DNA of 64,000 bases, from IMG/VR virus record IMGVR_UViG_3300028423_000861, positions 77,984-141,983 of that record. One strand, given 5' to 3'. This stretch comes from a virus. Position numbers and translations under genes: made by a program. Below the pieces are notes generated by a model. That model searched no databases. It was given only the letters and a program-made list of their open reading frames with translations, and was not told where the DNA came from. How positions within the stretch are numbered: position 1 is the stretch's first letter; each line of letters opens with the position of its first letter. This document shows positions 1-9,107 of the stretch, piece after piece.

Positions 1-249
1 ACGACGCTTGTTGACTTTCGCCTCAACGTCTTTCATGAAATCTTTACGAGCACGTTCACTACCGCGCATTTCAACTTGGTTACCGCCATGCTTTTTGATA
101 GCTGCTGGAAGTTCACGTTTGGTAATTCCGTCCTTGTATTCACTATTAATTTTGTCAGCAACTTGTTGAACACGATCATCATATCCTTCAGTAATTGTAT
201 TTGCTTTTTCAATTGATTCTAAAAGATTACGCATATATTCACTTGACAT
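1..249 (-). CDS. hypothetical phage protein, runs off window edge
   Basis: ATG at 249 with GGAG upstream; open frame MSSEYMRNLLESIEKAN... to position 1. Confidence 0.7.
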   Translation of the reverse strand, partial: MSSEYMRNLLESIEKANTITEGYDDRVQQVADKINSEYKDGITKRELPAAIKKHGGNQVEMRGSERARKDFMKDVEAKVNKRR

Positions 250-331
250 AGAGTTTCTCCATTTTCAATTATTTATGATTTAATTAGAGAAAAAGCGCCG
301 TGTTTCCACGGCGCTTTCTAGTGTCATTGTA

Positions 332-925
332 TTACTTGTTATGTCCAGGGGCGCTGCCGCTTTTTCCACGATTGCCGCCCTTGTCATTTCCCTTGCCCTT
401 GCCTTTGCCTCCGTGCGCAGCGGATCCTTTGCCGCTGTTGCTGTCTCCATTTGCAGTGCCGTCGGTTTGGCCTCCGCCATGGTTTTCGGCATTGTTATTT
501 GGGCCACTGTTACCAGGACTATCCTGGTTTCCATTGCCCCAACCGTTATTTCCTTTTGGCCCACGGTCCTTGGGAGGATCTTTCGGATCTGGGTCTTTCG
601 GATCGGGATCTTTCGGATCTGGGTCTTTCGGATCGGGATTATCAGGATAATCAGGATCGCCAGGACTAACCGGAGTATCCAGGACTCCATCGCCATCACT
701 ATCAATCACAACAGTCCTGGATTTCTTACAAGGACCGTCAGTATACCAATAAATTAGATCTGGATGAACTAGCCAGTGTTTGCAACGAACAGTCACAGGC
801 CCATCTGCACCATACGGCACAACTACTGGATCTTCAAGAGCTGGATTAAAATTACCAGCTGTGGCACTGCCGGTCATTGCTACAGAAGCACCAACAAGTG
901 CAGTAACATAAAGCATTTTACGCAT
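332..925 (-). CDS. secreted low-complexity protein with DPDPK repeats and Gly/Asn-rich tail
   Basis: signal-peptide-like N-terminus; KGNNGWGNG motif; tandem DPDPK. Confidence 0.75.
   Translation of the reverse strand: MRKMLYVTALVGASVAMTGSATAGNFNPALEDPVVVPYGADGPVTVRCKHWLVHPDLIYWYTDGPCKKSRTVVIDSDGDGVLDTPVSPGDPDYPDNPDPKDPDPKDPDPKDPDPKDPPKDRGPKGNNGWGNGNQDSPGNSGPNNNAENHGGGQTDGTANGDSNSGKGSAAHGGKGKGKGNDKGGNRGKSGSAPGHNK
576..638. repeat. 15-bp tandem coding repeat (DPDPK, about 4 copies)
   Basis: repeated tctttcggatc(t/g)gg units. Confidence 0.85.
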
Positions 926-955
926 GATATTTCCTTAAAGGTTAAAGTTTGTTTG

Positions 956-1047
956 TGGCGGACAGGGTGGGATTCGAACCCACGGTTGATGTCACCACCA
1001 ACGCCGGTTTTCAAGACCGGAGCATTCGACCGCTCTGCCACCTGTCC
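956..1047 (-). tRNA. tRNA-Ser(UGA)
   Basis: cloverleaf, long variable arm, CCA encoded. Confidence 0.95.
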
Positions 1048-1074
1048 AATTTACTATTTTAAGTATATACTGTT

Positions 1075-1803
1075 TTATTCTGGATTGTCAACCTGTTTTT
1101 TTAATTTTGTGTTGATTTCATCTTGATTTAGTCGATACAAATATGCACCACCATCTTCGTGATTCGACAAATCATCTAAAAACTCAGATTCACTTTCAAA
1201 CCTGAATTTATTAAGGTCTTTTTCATCATCAAACACAACATATATTCTATCATCACTGTTGCTTGCGACTGTGTGATAAAATATCATTTTCCATTCATTT
1301 TCAAACAAGTAATCAACCATGGCTATTGTCAGTTCAACGGTTGATTGGCTAATGTCATAAAGCGAGTCGCTAACAGAATAATTTGAGAAGAATGGAAGAT
1401 GGAACGCTAGAAGACCATCAATACTAATATCCTTACTAGATAATGCTAGATATGCACATGCGCTAATGCAAGCATCTCCAGCTCTAATTTTTATTGGTAT
1501 TCCATATTTGCTAATTGATTTGGCAGGGTCACGAATTTCTACCATATTTCCACCAGGAGATGCAAGTTCTATGTGATTTAAACTCTTATGATATTTTGTA
1601 ATAAATGAATCCAACGCATATCCAGACATATATCCAATTTGACCTGAATAGCGAATAAACGTTGTTTGGTCGTCGATTTGGTATACAACAATCTGATAGG
1701 AATTCGGCATAACAATTTGTTCGATTATTTCTGGTTCATTTGCTTTTGAAATGCCAGAAGCAAATAATAGAAACAACGTAATATAGATGATGTTAATTCG
1801 CAT
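1075..1803 (-). CDS. secreted protein, COG3904-like ClpP/crotonase-fold
   Basis: signal peptide; LASPGG and CISAC motifs. Confidence 0.55.
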   Translation of the reverse strand: MRINIIYITLFLLFASGISKANEPEIIEQIVMPNSYQIVVYQIDDQTTFIRYSGQIGYMSGYALDSFITKYHKSLNHIELASPGGNMVEIRDPAKSISKYGIPIKIRAGDACISACAYLALSSKDISIDGLLAFHLPFFSNYSVSDSLYDISQSTVELTIAMVDYLFENEWKMIFYHTVASNSDDRIYVVFDDEKDLNKFRFESESEFLDDLSNHEDGGAYLYRLNQDEINTKLKKQVDNPE

Positions 1804-1837
1804 ACAACTATTTATAATATCAAAATATGGGTTTTAA

Positions 1838-2035
1838 ATTCAGGCCTTCCACCTGATTGCCGGGTTTGGTGTGTATGCGCCCACACAGGTCTGATGCTGT
1901 TACCAGCTTGGTAGCCTAAAACCGGACTATTGCGTCAGAGTCTTGACCGCCCTCTAATAACTAGGAATTATGCACATGTGCGCCTAGCCGTTTCTAACAG
2001 GGTTGGCATTCGGGCTCTGAGGCTCAATGCAAATT
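1838..2035 (-). ncRNA. unknown structured RNA (~200 nt)
   Basis: GC-richer intergenic region with nested stems: UCAGAG/CUCUGA, CUAGG/CCUAG, CCGGUUU/AAACCCGG, GCUG-GUAA-CAGC. Confidence 0.55.
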
Positions 2036-2046
2036 TCAGAGTGTTA

Positions 2047-2541
2047 TTAATCCTGTTCTTCTTCACTAAAGTAACGTTCGTGGTCGATGGGTCCTACTTT
2101 GATCATTTCTTCTGATCCATGATCGTCTGGAAAATGATCTTCTTCGAATCCATCTGTCTTCCAGAACTTGGTGTCAAACTTGTCAGCAAGACTTTCAAAC
2201 AGACCAAAGCTCGCCTCATTGACTTCTTCAATTGTTGCCTGCACATAATGAGAGCCAGTATCTTCAATCAGATGATACAGCATTTTTTGTGCAAGCTTTT
2301 CCTTGCGGTATTCTGGCTGCACAGCAATCTGCCATACAAAGAGTGTATCTGGTGCTTTCTTGAATTCGAATCCAGTGACAAAGGCAACAATTTCACCACC
2401 ATCTTCTACAACCATACACGTTTCCGAAAACAATTCAGCCATCATGAGATAGCTATAGCTTGAATTGAGATCAAGGCTGGTTTCTTTGGCGATGCGCCAC
2501 ATTTCACCAGCATCTTCAATAGTCGGATGTCTAAAATCCAT
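2047..2541 (-). CDS. ectA: L-2,4-diaminobutyrate acetyltransferase
   Basis: LDLNSSYSY, TLFVWQIAV, TI...N.AS..LF and HFPD.H motifs of EctA. Confidence 0.9.
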   Translation of the reverse strand: MDFRHPTIEDAGEMWRIAKETSLDLNSSYSYLMMAELFSETCMVVEDGGEIVAFVTGFEFKKAPDTLFVWQIAVQPEYRKEKLAQKMLYHLIEDTGSHYVQATIEEVNEASFGLFESLADKFDTKFWKTDGFEEDHFPDDHGSEEMIKVGPIDHERYFSEEEQD

Positions 2542-2837
2542 TAGTCTTCTATCTCCAAGTTTTCATGAAGTTTATCCATTACCTTTTGCCACCTTGTTCT
2601 TCGAGCGTGCTCGGTAAGATAGAACCGGTGACAAATTTCATAGACAACAGGGCCTTTAAAATCTTCGGGATTGTCAATATGCGCGCCAATAAAATTTTCA
2701 TTACGCGGACAATATGTAGATTGGAACCATCTACAAATATAGCAGTTATCATATTCAGTTGGTTCAACAGTTGGAAAAGTTCTATTCACCAAAATCCAAA
2801 CCTCGTTCTGTTTTTTCTCTGGTATCACTGGTTCCAT
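2541..2837 (-). CDS. hypothetical Cys-containing protein
   Basis: ORF coupled to the ectA start. Confidence 0.6.
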   Translation of the reverse strand: MEPVIPEKKQNEVWILVNRTFPTVEPTEYDNCYICRWFQSTYCPRNENFIGAHIDNPEDFKGPVVYEICHRFYLTEHARRTRWQKVMDKLHENLEIED

Positions 2838-3093
2838 CTAGCTTGCGCATAGTTAATATTTGCAAAGCTTCGTCTGCTTGTTCATCAGGAGTCCATTCAT
2901 CACAAGCACTCATTGAACTCCAGGGATGACAGTTGTATTTGTCCCCAGGCTCTGGTGCTTTAGGACAATCATACGTTTGAAACTTTATACAGTGACGACA
3001 GATCCGTGTCGACAAAAACATGAGTTCATAATCGCGTTTATCATTTAGATCCATTGTATTAGTATATATGATCAATTTTGGAAGGTCAATCAT
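2782..3093 (-). CDS. hypothetical Cys-rich protein
   Basis: CxxC...CP motif similar to neighbour. Confidence 0.55.
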   Translation of the reverse strand: MIDLPKLIIYTNTMDLNDKRDYELMFLSTRICRHCIKFQTYDCPKAPEPGDKYNCHPWSSMSACDEWTPDEQADEALQILTMRKLDGTSDTREKTERGLDFGE

Positions 3094-3119
3094 AAAAAAA
3101 CCCTGCACGATTGGCAGGG
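3094..3119 (-). terminator. Rho-independent terminator ending the RNA operon
   Basis: CCCUGC/GCAGGG stem followed by U7. Confidence 0.85.
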
Positions 3120-3134
3120 CATTTGTGTTGAAAA

Positions 3135-3388
3135 TTAGCAGACCATATTTCGAATTGCCCTATCCGGCCAGCACAAGTTGCTATCTTGTGCCTGGGCATG
3201 GCGGGTAACAAGTGTCTTCTGACAACCTTTATTAGCTAGATAAAAGTTATGCCTGTCAGTGCTAACCATCCGGGACAATAATAAATTTTCGACGCATTGG
3301 CCCCCTCCCGCCATGTCGTCCGACACGCTCCAAATGATCCCCAGCCCTCAGGCGGTCACCAAGTGTGGCGCTGTCTTTCCTGTGTTGG
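3135..3388 (-). ncRNA. unknown structured RNA, 3' part of RNA operon
   Basis: CAUGGCGGG/CCCGCCAUG, GCACAAG/CUUGUGC, CUGACA/UGUCAG, AUUGUCC/GGGCAAU pairings. Confidence 0.6.
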
Positions 3389-4132
3389 TTATTTTCTTCC
3401 CCGAACCCAACCATTCGGTATATCACTATCTTTCTGTATTCGTTTATTTTTAACACCATCTGTTATCCAAACAGAGCCATACGAATAATTATTTGCACCA
3501 GTCATTGCGTTCGAAATTTTTTGCTTTGTTTCAGTAGACAATTTATTGCCTTTTCTTGATTCACTCATCTTTTGTCGGGTTGCAGTCGATTTCTTTTTAC
3601 CTACCAACGCTTCTGACAATTTCTTACGATGCTCTTGAGTAATAACCCTTGGCTTTGGCTTCACTGATTTGTTATAGTATGGAATTCCTTGGCATCTTTT
3701 TGACATATAATGTTGCTCAAATGCCGAAACACTTATCTCATTCTGACATTTTAAGCAACATATTCTGTTATGCTTTTTTCCTTTAAATCCTGATGGTCGT
3801 TGTTTAGCTTTTTTACTTATTTTATCTCGAACTTCTGTAGTAAACAAGATTCCTGTATTAATTGAATTATTGTAAAAGGTATTTCCTTCAAATATTTCTT
3901 TTTTGTGTTCAGTTAATAACTGTCTTTCTAAATTTATTGCTTCATAAGCATTGTCAAAGACTTGAATGATCTCACGTTTCCATTTAATATCAGGATCTTT
4001 CCAGTCTTTCCAAAATTCCTCTGAGCTACTTGATGAAATATATCCATCGTCAGTAGTTCCTTTGTGATACCCTATATATCGTTTGCCTAGTGTATTAGAC
4101 CATTCATACACAAAATATTCAACACGTTTCAT
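3389..4132 (-). mobile_element. free-standing GIY-YIG (Seg-like) homing endonuclease with NUMOD3 repeats
   Basis: FVY...YIGYH, YISSS; repeated S.ETKQKIS-type motifs. Confidence 0.85.
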
Positions 4133-4179
4133 AAATAAGCCTTTTAACTGTATACTTATTTATGTTAATAAGATGGAAA

Positions 4180-5045
4180 TAGTGAGATTACCTAAATTTC
4201 CGCGGTTGCCTTTGGACCGTACCGTAAACCTTGCGAGTCTACGTTAATCCGTTATCCACTAAGCGCCTTTCAGCTGACTTAGTATCAACCAGTGCTGCCT
4301 AGTTTAAAGTGGTGGCATTTCCACTATCGTTACACGCTACTCGTCCTTTGATCTTCCGCCTGCCTTGCGAGCAGTTCAGAGTCGCTAAACCCTTACGTCT
4401 TCTCTCCGAACAAACACTTCCGCCTTGCGAGCTTCCATGCACGACATTCACCGTAGTGTGTCGTATTAAGCACCTTTAACGTGCAACTGAGGCAGTCTTT
4501 GCGTTTTTGCTATAATGCATCTGCAGGATTTGAACCCACACATTCAGTTCCTAAAGACTGACGCTCTACCATTGAGCTAAGTTGCTAACCTACCAAGACG
4601 TGCTGCCTCTTGTTGCTTCGCATCCTTTTGGGAAACGAAATACAACACGCCTAAATGCCTTTCTCCTTGCGGGATACTAAACGTCTTTTCAAGTATCCAG
4701 CTACCTCACTAGTCGGTAACTCTCAACTTTAAAGATAACAAGTTGCCCTCCTGCGCGAACAGTCGGACTATTTGTTTACCCGTTAACATTCTGTCTTCGC
4801 TAGATTGGAGTGCATAGCTTTGGCTCCCACCAAATTGTAACCTCGCCGGTTGGCCCTGGTTACTATCCTTTCGGGCATTTGCTCTAGCTTAGGACTTACC
4901 TCGCTCTTCACAAGGGGTGCGCTACGGCTTATAGGAATACATCCGTCTGCCACCTAGTCCGGGCTTGCGTAAATGGACCATTGCTGGCGCAAGTGCGTAG
5001 GCTTCCTTGCTTTGGCAGTGTTACCACTGTTATCCTCCTGGACGT
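4180..5045 (-). ncRNA. GOLLD-like giant ornate RNA with embedded tRNA-like element
   Basis: ~860 nt without a credible ORF; several GCAA tetraloop hairpins on minus strand; tRNA-like insert; phage tRNA context; family assigned from memory, no covariance search. Confidence 0.7.
4517..4585 (-). tRNA. tRNA-like element inside the giant RNA (8-nt anticodon loop CUUUAGGA, no CCA)
   Basis: D arm AGCUCAAUGGUAGAGC, T loop GGUUCAAAUCC, UCAGU/ACUGA stem. Confidence 0.7.
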
Positions 5046-5059
5046 CACGCCGCCCATGT

Positions 5060-5395
5060 TCTTGTCTTAGATGATGAGTGTGCAGACATGTTGGGATTTA
5101 ACCAACGAGTCGATTGCCTGGACATTTGTGTAAGCAAAGGGAAAGGAAATTGACAATCAACACCATCACCTTTGTCTGCACACACGACATCTAAGACCAT
5201 TTTACAATAATCGGCTTCTATGTTTTTATATACACACCACTCGCATTTTGATATTATCTCAACGTTTTGACTGCATGGATCTTCCATCGCGGCGCAGGAA
5301 ATTTCCTTTCAGGCCCGACGCAGCGGATTGTCCCGCGATTCCATGACCAGGCAGTGTGCATGTAAAAACATAGTTGCCTATGTTGGTCTGCTAAA
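5060..5395 (-). ncRNA. unknown structured RNA, 5' part of RNA operon
   Basis: 25-bp near-perfect stem 5064-5088/5173-5197; 11-nt pairing GAAAGGAAAUU/AAUUUCCUUUC. Confidence 0.6.
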
Positions 5396-5426
5396 TTTTT
5401 AAAGAGCGTGTTGAGCTTTGCTCAAC
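5395..5426 (-). promoter_or_regulatory. rrn-like boxB hairpin plus boxA antitermination element
   Basis: GTTGAGCAAAGCTCAAC hairpin followed by CGCTCTTTAAAAATTT. Confidence 0.7.
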
Positions 5427-5436
5427 TTGTTTTACC

Positions 5437-5465
5437 AATATAGTGGTTTTATTTATGTTCGTCAA
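5437..5465 (-). promoter_or_regulatory. sigma70-type promoter
   Basis: TTGACG-17-TATATT with A-rich upstream tract. Confidence 0.8.
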
Positions 5466-5483
5466 CCACTTTTTTCAACTTTT

Positions 5484-5807
5484 TTAGTTAAGCTTGCGAT
5501 TTTTGCTTTCGCCAGTCAGCTTTTCGAAAAAGAGCCCGACAAGCTCTTCATCACTCATTTCTTCAACAACATCTTCATCAAGATGGCTGAGGTCTTCAAG
5601 CATTTCGTTCAACGCTTGGAGTTCACGATCAGACATGTCATCCGGATCCAGCTTGTAAGGTTCAGCCTTTTCAAGGAGCGAACCATCATTGGCCATTTGT
5701 TCAAGCTCTGCAATGAACTCGTCAAGTTCTTCCTGGGTGCCATCAAATTCATCAAGAGCACCCGGTGCAAACGTAATCTTTATTTTATCTTCTTTGTCAT
5801 CTGTCAT
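5484..5807 (-). CDS. acidic hypothetical phage protein
   Basis: ORF track; FAPGALDEFDGTQEELD. Confidence 0.75.
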   Translation of the reverse strand: MTDDKEDKIKITFAPGALDEFDGTQEELDEFIAELEQMANDGSLLEKAEPYKLDPDDMSDRELQALNEMLEDLSHLDEDVVEEMSDEELVGLFFEKLTGESKNRKLN

Positions 5808-5845
5808 TGTTTAATCAATCTATACAAAAATCTCTAAAGAGTCAA

Positions 5846-6304
5846 TTATTGTGTTTTATCCAAGACGTTTTGATTATTTTGGATATTCCATGCAGGTTGG
5901 ATATAATTGATGAGGAAATTTTCTTCAACATCAATTAAACTCATCGTCTGAGACACGGCCCCAGAAAACAAATCAATATGTCTGACCTCACTGTTACAAC
6001 CATAAATCATCACTCGATCGTTTTCAAGGGTTTCGCGCAATTTATAGGCTTTGGTAATACCTGTAACGCTGTTGCCGCGCCACCCACCACGATGTTGTTT
6101 AAACCTCTGCTCAAGTCCTTTTCCGGCCTTGCCCACATAAATTACTTCATCATGGGCTACCCAAAGATAAACCTGTGGAATCTTTTGTTTGAATTTGTCT
6201 TCTTGGATAACAAAATCAACAAGATCTCGATCATTGATAAAGATTTCACCAGCATATTCAAAATATAATTTTTTTATTATTTCAGAAGCAGATTTTTGAT
6301 TCAT
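5846..6304 (-). CDS. GIY-YIG nuclease domain protein (endonuclease II-like)
   Basis: VYL...IYVGKA...L.QRF.QH. Confidence 0.7.
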   Translation of the reverse strand: MNQKSASEIIKKLYFEYAGEIFINDRDLVDFVIQEDKFKQKIPQVYLWVAHDEVIYVGKAGKGLEQRFKQHRGGWRGNSVTGITKAYKLRETLENDRVMIYGCNSEVRHIDLFSGAVSQTMSLIDVEENFLINYIQPAWNIQNNQNVLDKTQ

Positions 6305-6585
6305 TTGTTTTTCAGTTTAACAACAGGAAAACTCCAACCCCGGCTGGGATTTTCGTTCATGCCAACAGCATAACCATTAGCCAATTCAACCCAGTAGTGA
6401 ACATTCTTTTGCGGTCCAGGCCATGCCCGGGCATCGCCGCCAAAGAAGTTATACTGATTAATTACTTCAACATCAGCATATTTAAACGCCCGGCAATTAC
6501 TATGCTCGGTGGAAAATTCATGCGGCATGATATCAGCAAGAGTGGACATTTCAGGTTCCATTTTAGTCATAGTAGCGTTCTTCAA
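6301..6585 (-). CDS. hypothetical protein
   Basis: ORF in operon. Confidence 0.65.
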   Translation of the reverse strand: MKNATMTKMEPEMSTLADIMPHEFSTEHSNCRAFKYADVEVINQYNFFGGDARAWPGPQKNVHYWVELANGYAVGMNENPSRGWSFPVVKLKNK

Positions 6586-6850
6586 GGACTTCGCTCGTCT
6601 TCATATCAACAACAAGTCGAACACATGAAAAATCATAATCTTTAAAACGGAAAATAGCGCCGCCACCGATGCCCCAAAGATCACCACCAATGCCATACGG
6701 CGTGCTGGTTTTAAAACTGTTTTCAATGTCTGAGGAGATATCACGCTGCATCACTTCGCACTCGTATGGGCTAGTCAAGGGGCCGACACGAGTTACTTCT
6801 TCTCCATTGAGTGAAATGGCAACGAAAAAGGCAACTGTGGTCTTGAGCAT
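6563..6850 (-). CDS. hypothetical protein
   Basis: AAGGAG SD; first gene after promoter. Confidence 0.7.
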   Translation of the reverse strand: MLKTTVAFFVAISLNGEEVTRVGPLTSPYECEVMQRDISSDIENSFKTSTPYGIGGDLWGIGGGAIFRFKDYDFSCVRLVVDMKTSEVLEERYYD

Positions 6851-6861
6851 TAGTATCTCCT

Positions 6862-6904
6862 TTGCTTACATTATCAATATAAGCAATATGCCTTGGTTTG
6901 TCAA
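6862..6904 (-). promoter_or_regulatory. sigma70-type (early) promoter
   Basis: TTGACA-17-TATATT; downstream 20-mer shared with 38092-38111. Confidence 0.8.
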
Positions 6905-7141
6905 GTGATTTCTAGGATTGTTGTATTTTTCCTGTAATTTTTTTGGTTTCTGGTTCTGTCGTGTTTTTCCTGTGGATTTTTCTAGCATCCTTTAGCTGAC
7001 CTATTGCAAAATCCAAGAGGTAACCACTTTGGTCAAGTCCTCTAGTAAAGTCTTCCTCATACAGCCGCAAATTAACTCTTGCAGCATTAATCAGATCAAT
7101 AACATCGTCATCATTCTTAGGAATACTAAATTTGCCCATGA

Positions 7142-7681
7142 TTATACCTCAATTTCTGGAAATCTGCTGCGAACTTCTTCAAATTCAATCGGGCCGCAGT
7201 CTGTATGCTCGATTGAAACGTTTTCGTATCTAGTATCACGCTCATCATTAGGCAGTCTGACCAAATTACTGTGTGTATGGCCGTGAATAATGCCGCGACA
7301 CCAGACCGGAATACTTTCGGGATGCAATGGATAATGTGAGAGAATAACGTCGGCTAGCTTGTGTGTCCCGCGAATATCATCAAAATATTCAGCATAGTCT
7401 TTCATTTTAAAAATGTCGTGATTGCCCCTAATCAAGACCTTTCTTCCGTGCAATCCTTCCATGCATTTGAGGCCGCGGCGGGGGATCGCAACATCGCCAA
7501 GATGATACACCTTGTCTCCAGGCCTTACACGGGCATTCCAGGTCTCTTGCATGATCTCGTCGCCTTCTCGGGCTGATTGAGCCCAGGGGCGGATTGGTTC
7601 TCCAGTTCGAGAATCTACAAATTTAGTATAGCAGCTTTCATGACCAAAATGCGTGTCACTTATTAACCAGGTCTTTGTCAT
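7142..7681 (-). CDS. calcineurin-like metallophosphoesterase
   Basis: SDTHFGH, HLGD, GNHD, SHYP, HGHTH. Confidence 0.9.
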   Translation of the reverse strand: MTKTWLISDTHFGHESCYTKFVDSRTGEPIRPWAQSAREGDEIMQETWNARVRPGDKVYHLGDVAIPRRGLKCMEGLHGRKVLIRGNHDIFKMKDYAEYFDDIRGTHKLADVILSHYPLHPESIPVWCRGIIHGHTHSNLVRLPNDERDTRYENVSIEHTDCGPIEFEEVRSRFPEIEV

Positions 7682-8174
7682 AATAATCGATCTTTATCCC
7701 AAATTTTTCAAAATTTTCATGAACATGCTTGTTATGAATCCACTTGTGATCTGGTGCCCCGTATATAGTTCTTCGGTCTGAACCGCGTATCTTGAGAATT
7801 TCTCTAAACCTGTGCGAGTATCTTTCTTTGAATTGCAAGCGGGGATTATTTTTATAATGATGGCGTTCTTTATATGGAATATTCGAATCGACAGGCAACC
7901 ATATTTTGTTATGGACATTGCATTCAGAACATATGAATTCTGATTCTTCACATTCATAATGATAGTCACCCTCGGTGCAGCCACGAGGAGGTTCATATAG
8001 AAGTTCTTGAATGTAGACTAGATCACAAATCTGAAGAATTTCACCACAGTGAGCACACGGAATTGTTTGTTGGCCCATCGTCTTGTTTTTTTCTTCTATT
8101 AGAAAATCTAAAACAAGACGATGCTCTTGTATTTTTGATTCAAGCTGATCTAGTTGCTCTTCAATTGTCAACAT
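7656..8174 (-). CDS. hypothetical Zn-ribbon protein
   Basis: CAHC and CSEC pairs. Confidence 0.65.
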   Translation of the reverse strand: MLTIEEQLDQLESKIQEHRLVLDFLIEEKNKTMGQQTIPCAHCGEILQICDLVYIQELLYEPPRGCTEGDYHYECEESEFICSECNVHNKIWLPVDSNIPYKERHHYKNNPRLQFKERYSHRFREILKIRGSDRRTIYGAPDHKWIHNKHVHENFEKFGIKIDYYDKDLVNK

Positions 8175-8535
8175 CGACTTCTGTTAATCCATGCTCTCTA
8201 TCAAGATACTTGTATTCAATTTTTACTGGATCAAATTGTTCAAGTTGTTTGAATACCACTTGGGGATCGAAAGGACCACAAGTATATACATCAAGTTGCA
8301 TTAGACCAGGCTGTGCTTCGTCCCAGACATGAAGGGCGATATGACTGGTCTCGATAATTACGACTCCTGTGACACCACGATTTCCTGGCACTTCAACGTA
8401 ATCAGCAAATGGACCTTTTAACGCTTTCATGCCAATTTGATCAACAAGATTACTGAGCCAATCCTCAACAAAAACAGTGTCTGCAGGAGGCGAATTAACT
8501 TCAGCACGAACAATCAAGTGTTTGTGAACAATCAT
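8161..8535 (-). CDS. speD: S-adenosylmethionine decarboxylase proenzyme
   Basis: KHLI, TSHIALHVWDE, DVYTCG. Confidence 0.85.
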   Translation of the reverse strand: MIVHKHLIVRAEVNSPPADTVFVEDWLSNLVDQIGMKALKGPFADYVEVPGNRGVTGVVIIETSHIALHVWDEAQPGLMQLDVYTCGPFDPQVVFKQLEQFDPVKIEYKYLDREHGLTEVDVDN

Positions 8536-8546
8536 ATTTTTTCCTT

Positions 8547-9095
8547 TTATTTTTTGTTGTCGTGAATTTTACGAGCAGTGTTATGACTAATACGCTGGAA
8601 AACTCTTCCAAGGCTTTTGTAGGCATTATTCCAGACCCAGATGGCCGGCTTGCGTGAAACTTCCCAAGTTAAGCTAAATGGCCAGAGGCCAACCCATGTG
8701 CCTAGACGCTCTTTGTGATCTGATGCATTGAAATCATATGCTGAACTTTCAAGAAAGGCATCAAAACTATTATCTTGATTTGAGCCGCGTTGCATTGACC
8801 ATTGTTGATACGCAGACATAATTTTTTCCTGATTCTTGCGAATAAACTCTGGCCAGCGCCAGATCCCAGTATATGCGGCGCCAATGCCTACGTAAAAAAC
8901 CAACATTCCCACCGCCCATAATGGATTCGCTGCAATAACTGAAAAAACAGAAATTTTCAAAACAAATTCTAACAGTGCGAACCCACCAATAAATGTGAAT
9001 GCAGATGCAAAAGCACTATCGACTTCAGCTGAAATGAATCCTGCAATTAGAAACAAGATCACAGCAATAATTTCGATAAATCCAAATCCTAGCAT
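8547..9095 (-). CDS. membrane protein
   Basis: several hydrophobic segments. Confidence 0.7.
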   Translation of the reverse strand: MLGFGFIEIIAVILFLIAGFISAEVDSAFASAFTFIGGFALLEFVLKISVFSVIAANPLWAVGMLVFYVGIGAAYTGIWRWPEFIRKNQEKIMSAYQQWSMQRGSNQDNSFDAFLESSAYDFNASDHKERLGTWVGLWPFSLTWEVSRKPAIWVWNNAYKSLGRVFQRISHNTARKIHDNKK

Positions 9096-9107
9096 TGTTT
9101 TAACTCC

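Noticed and set aside
280-757. Overlapping alternative-frame ORFs with repeats
   Set aside because: Shadows of the low-complexity gene 332-925.
3150-3280. Possible 5S rRNA at end of the rrn-like operon
   Set aside because: Only a CCAUGCC resemblance; no CCGAAC or GAUGGUAG motifs.
3135-5045. Group I intron around the GIY-YIG ORF
   Set aside because: No interrupted host gene and no recognisable P7 core found by eye; a covariance search would settle it.
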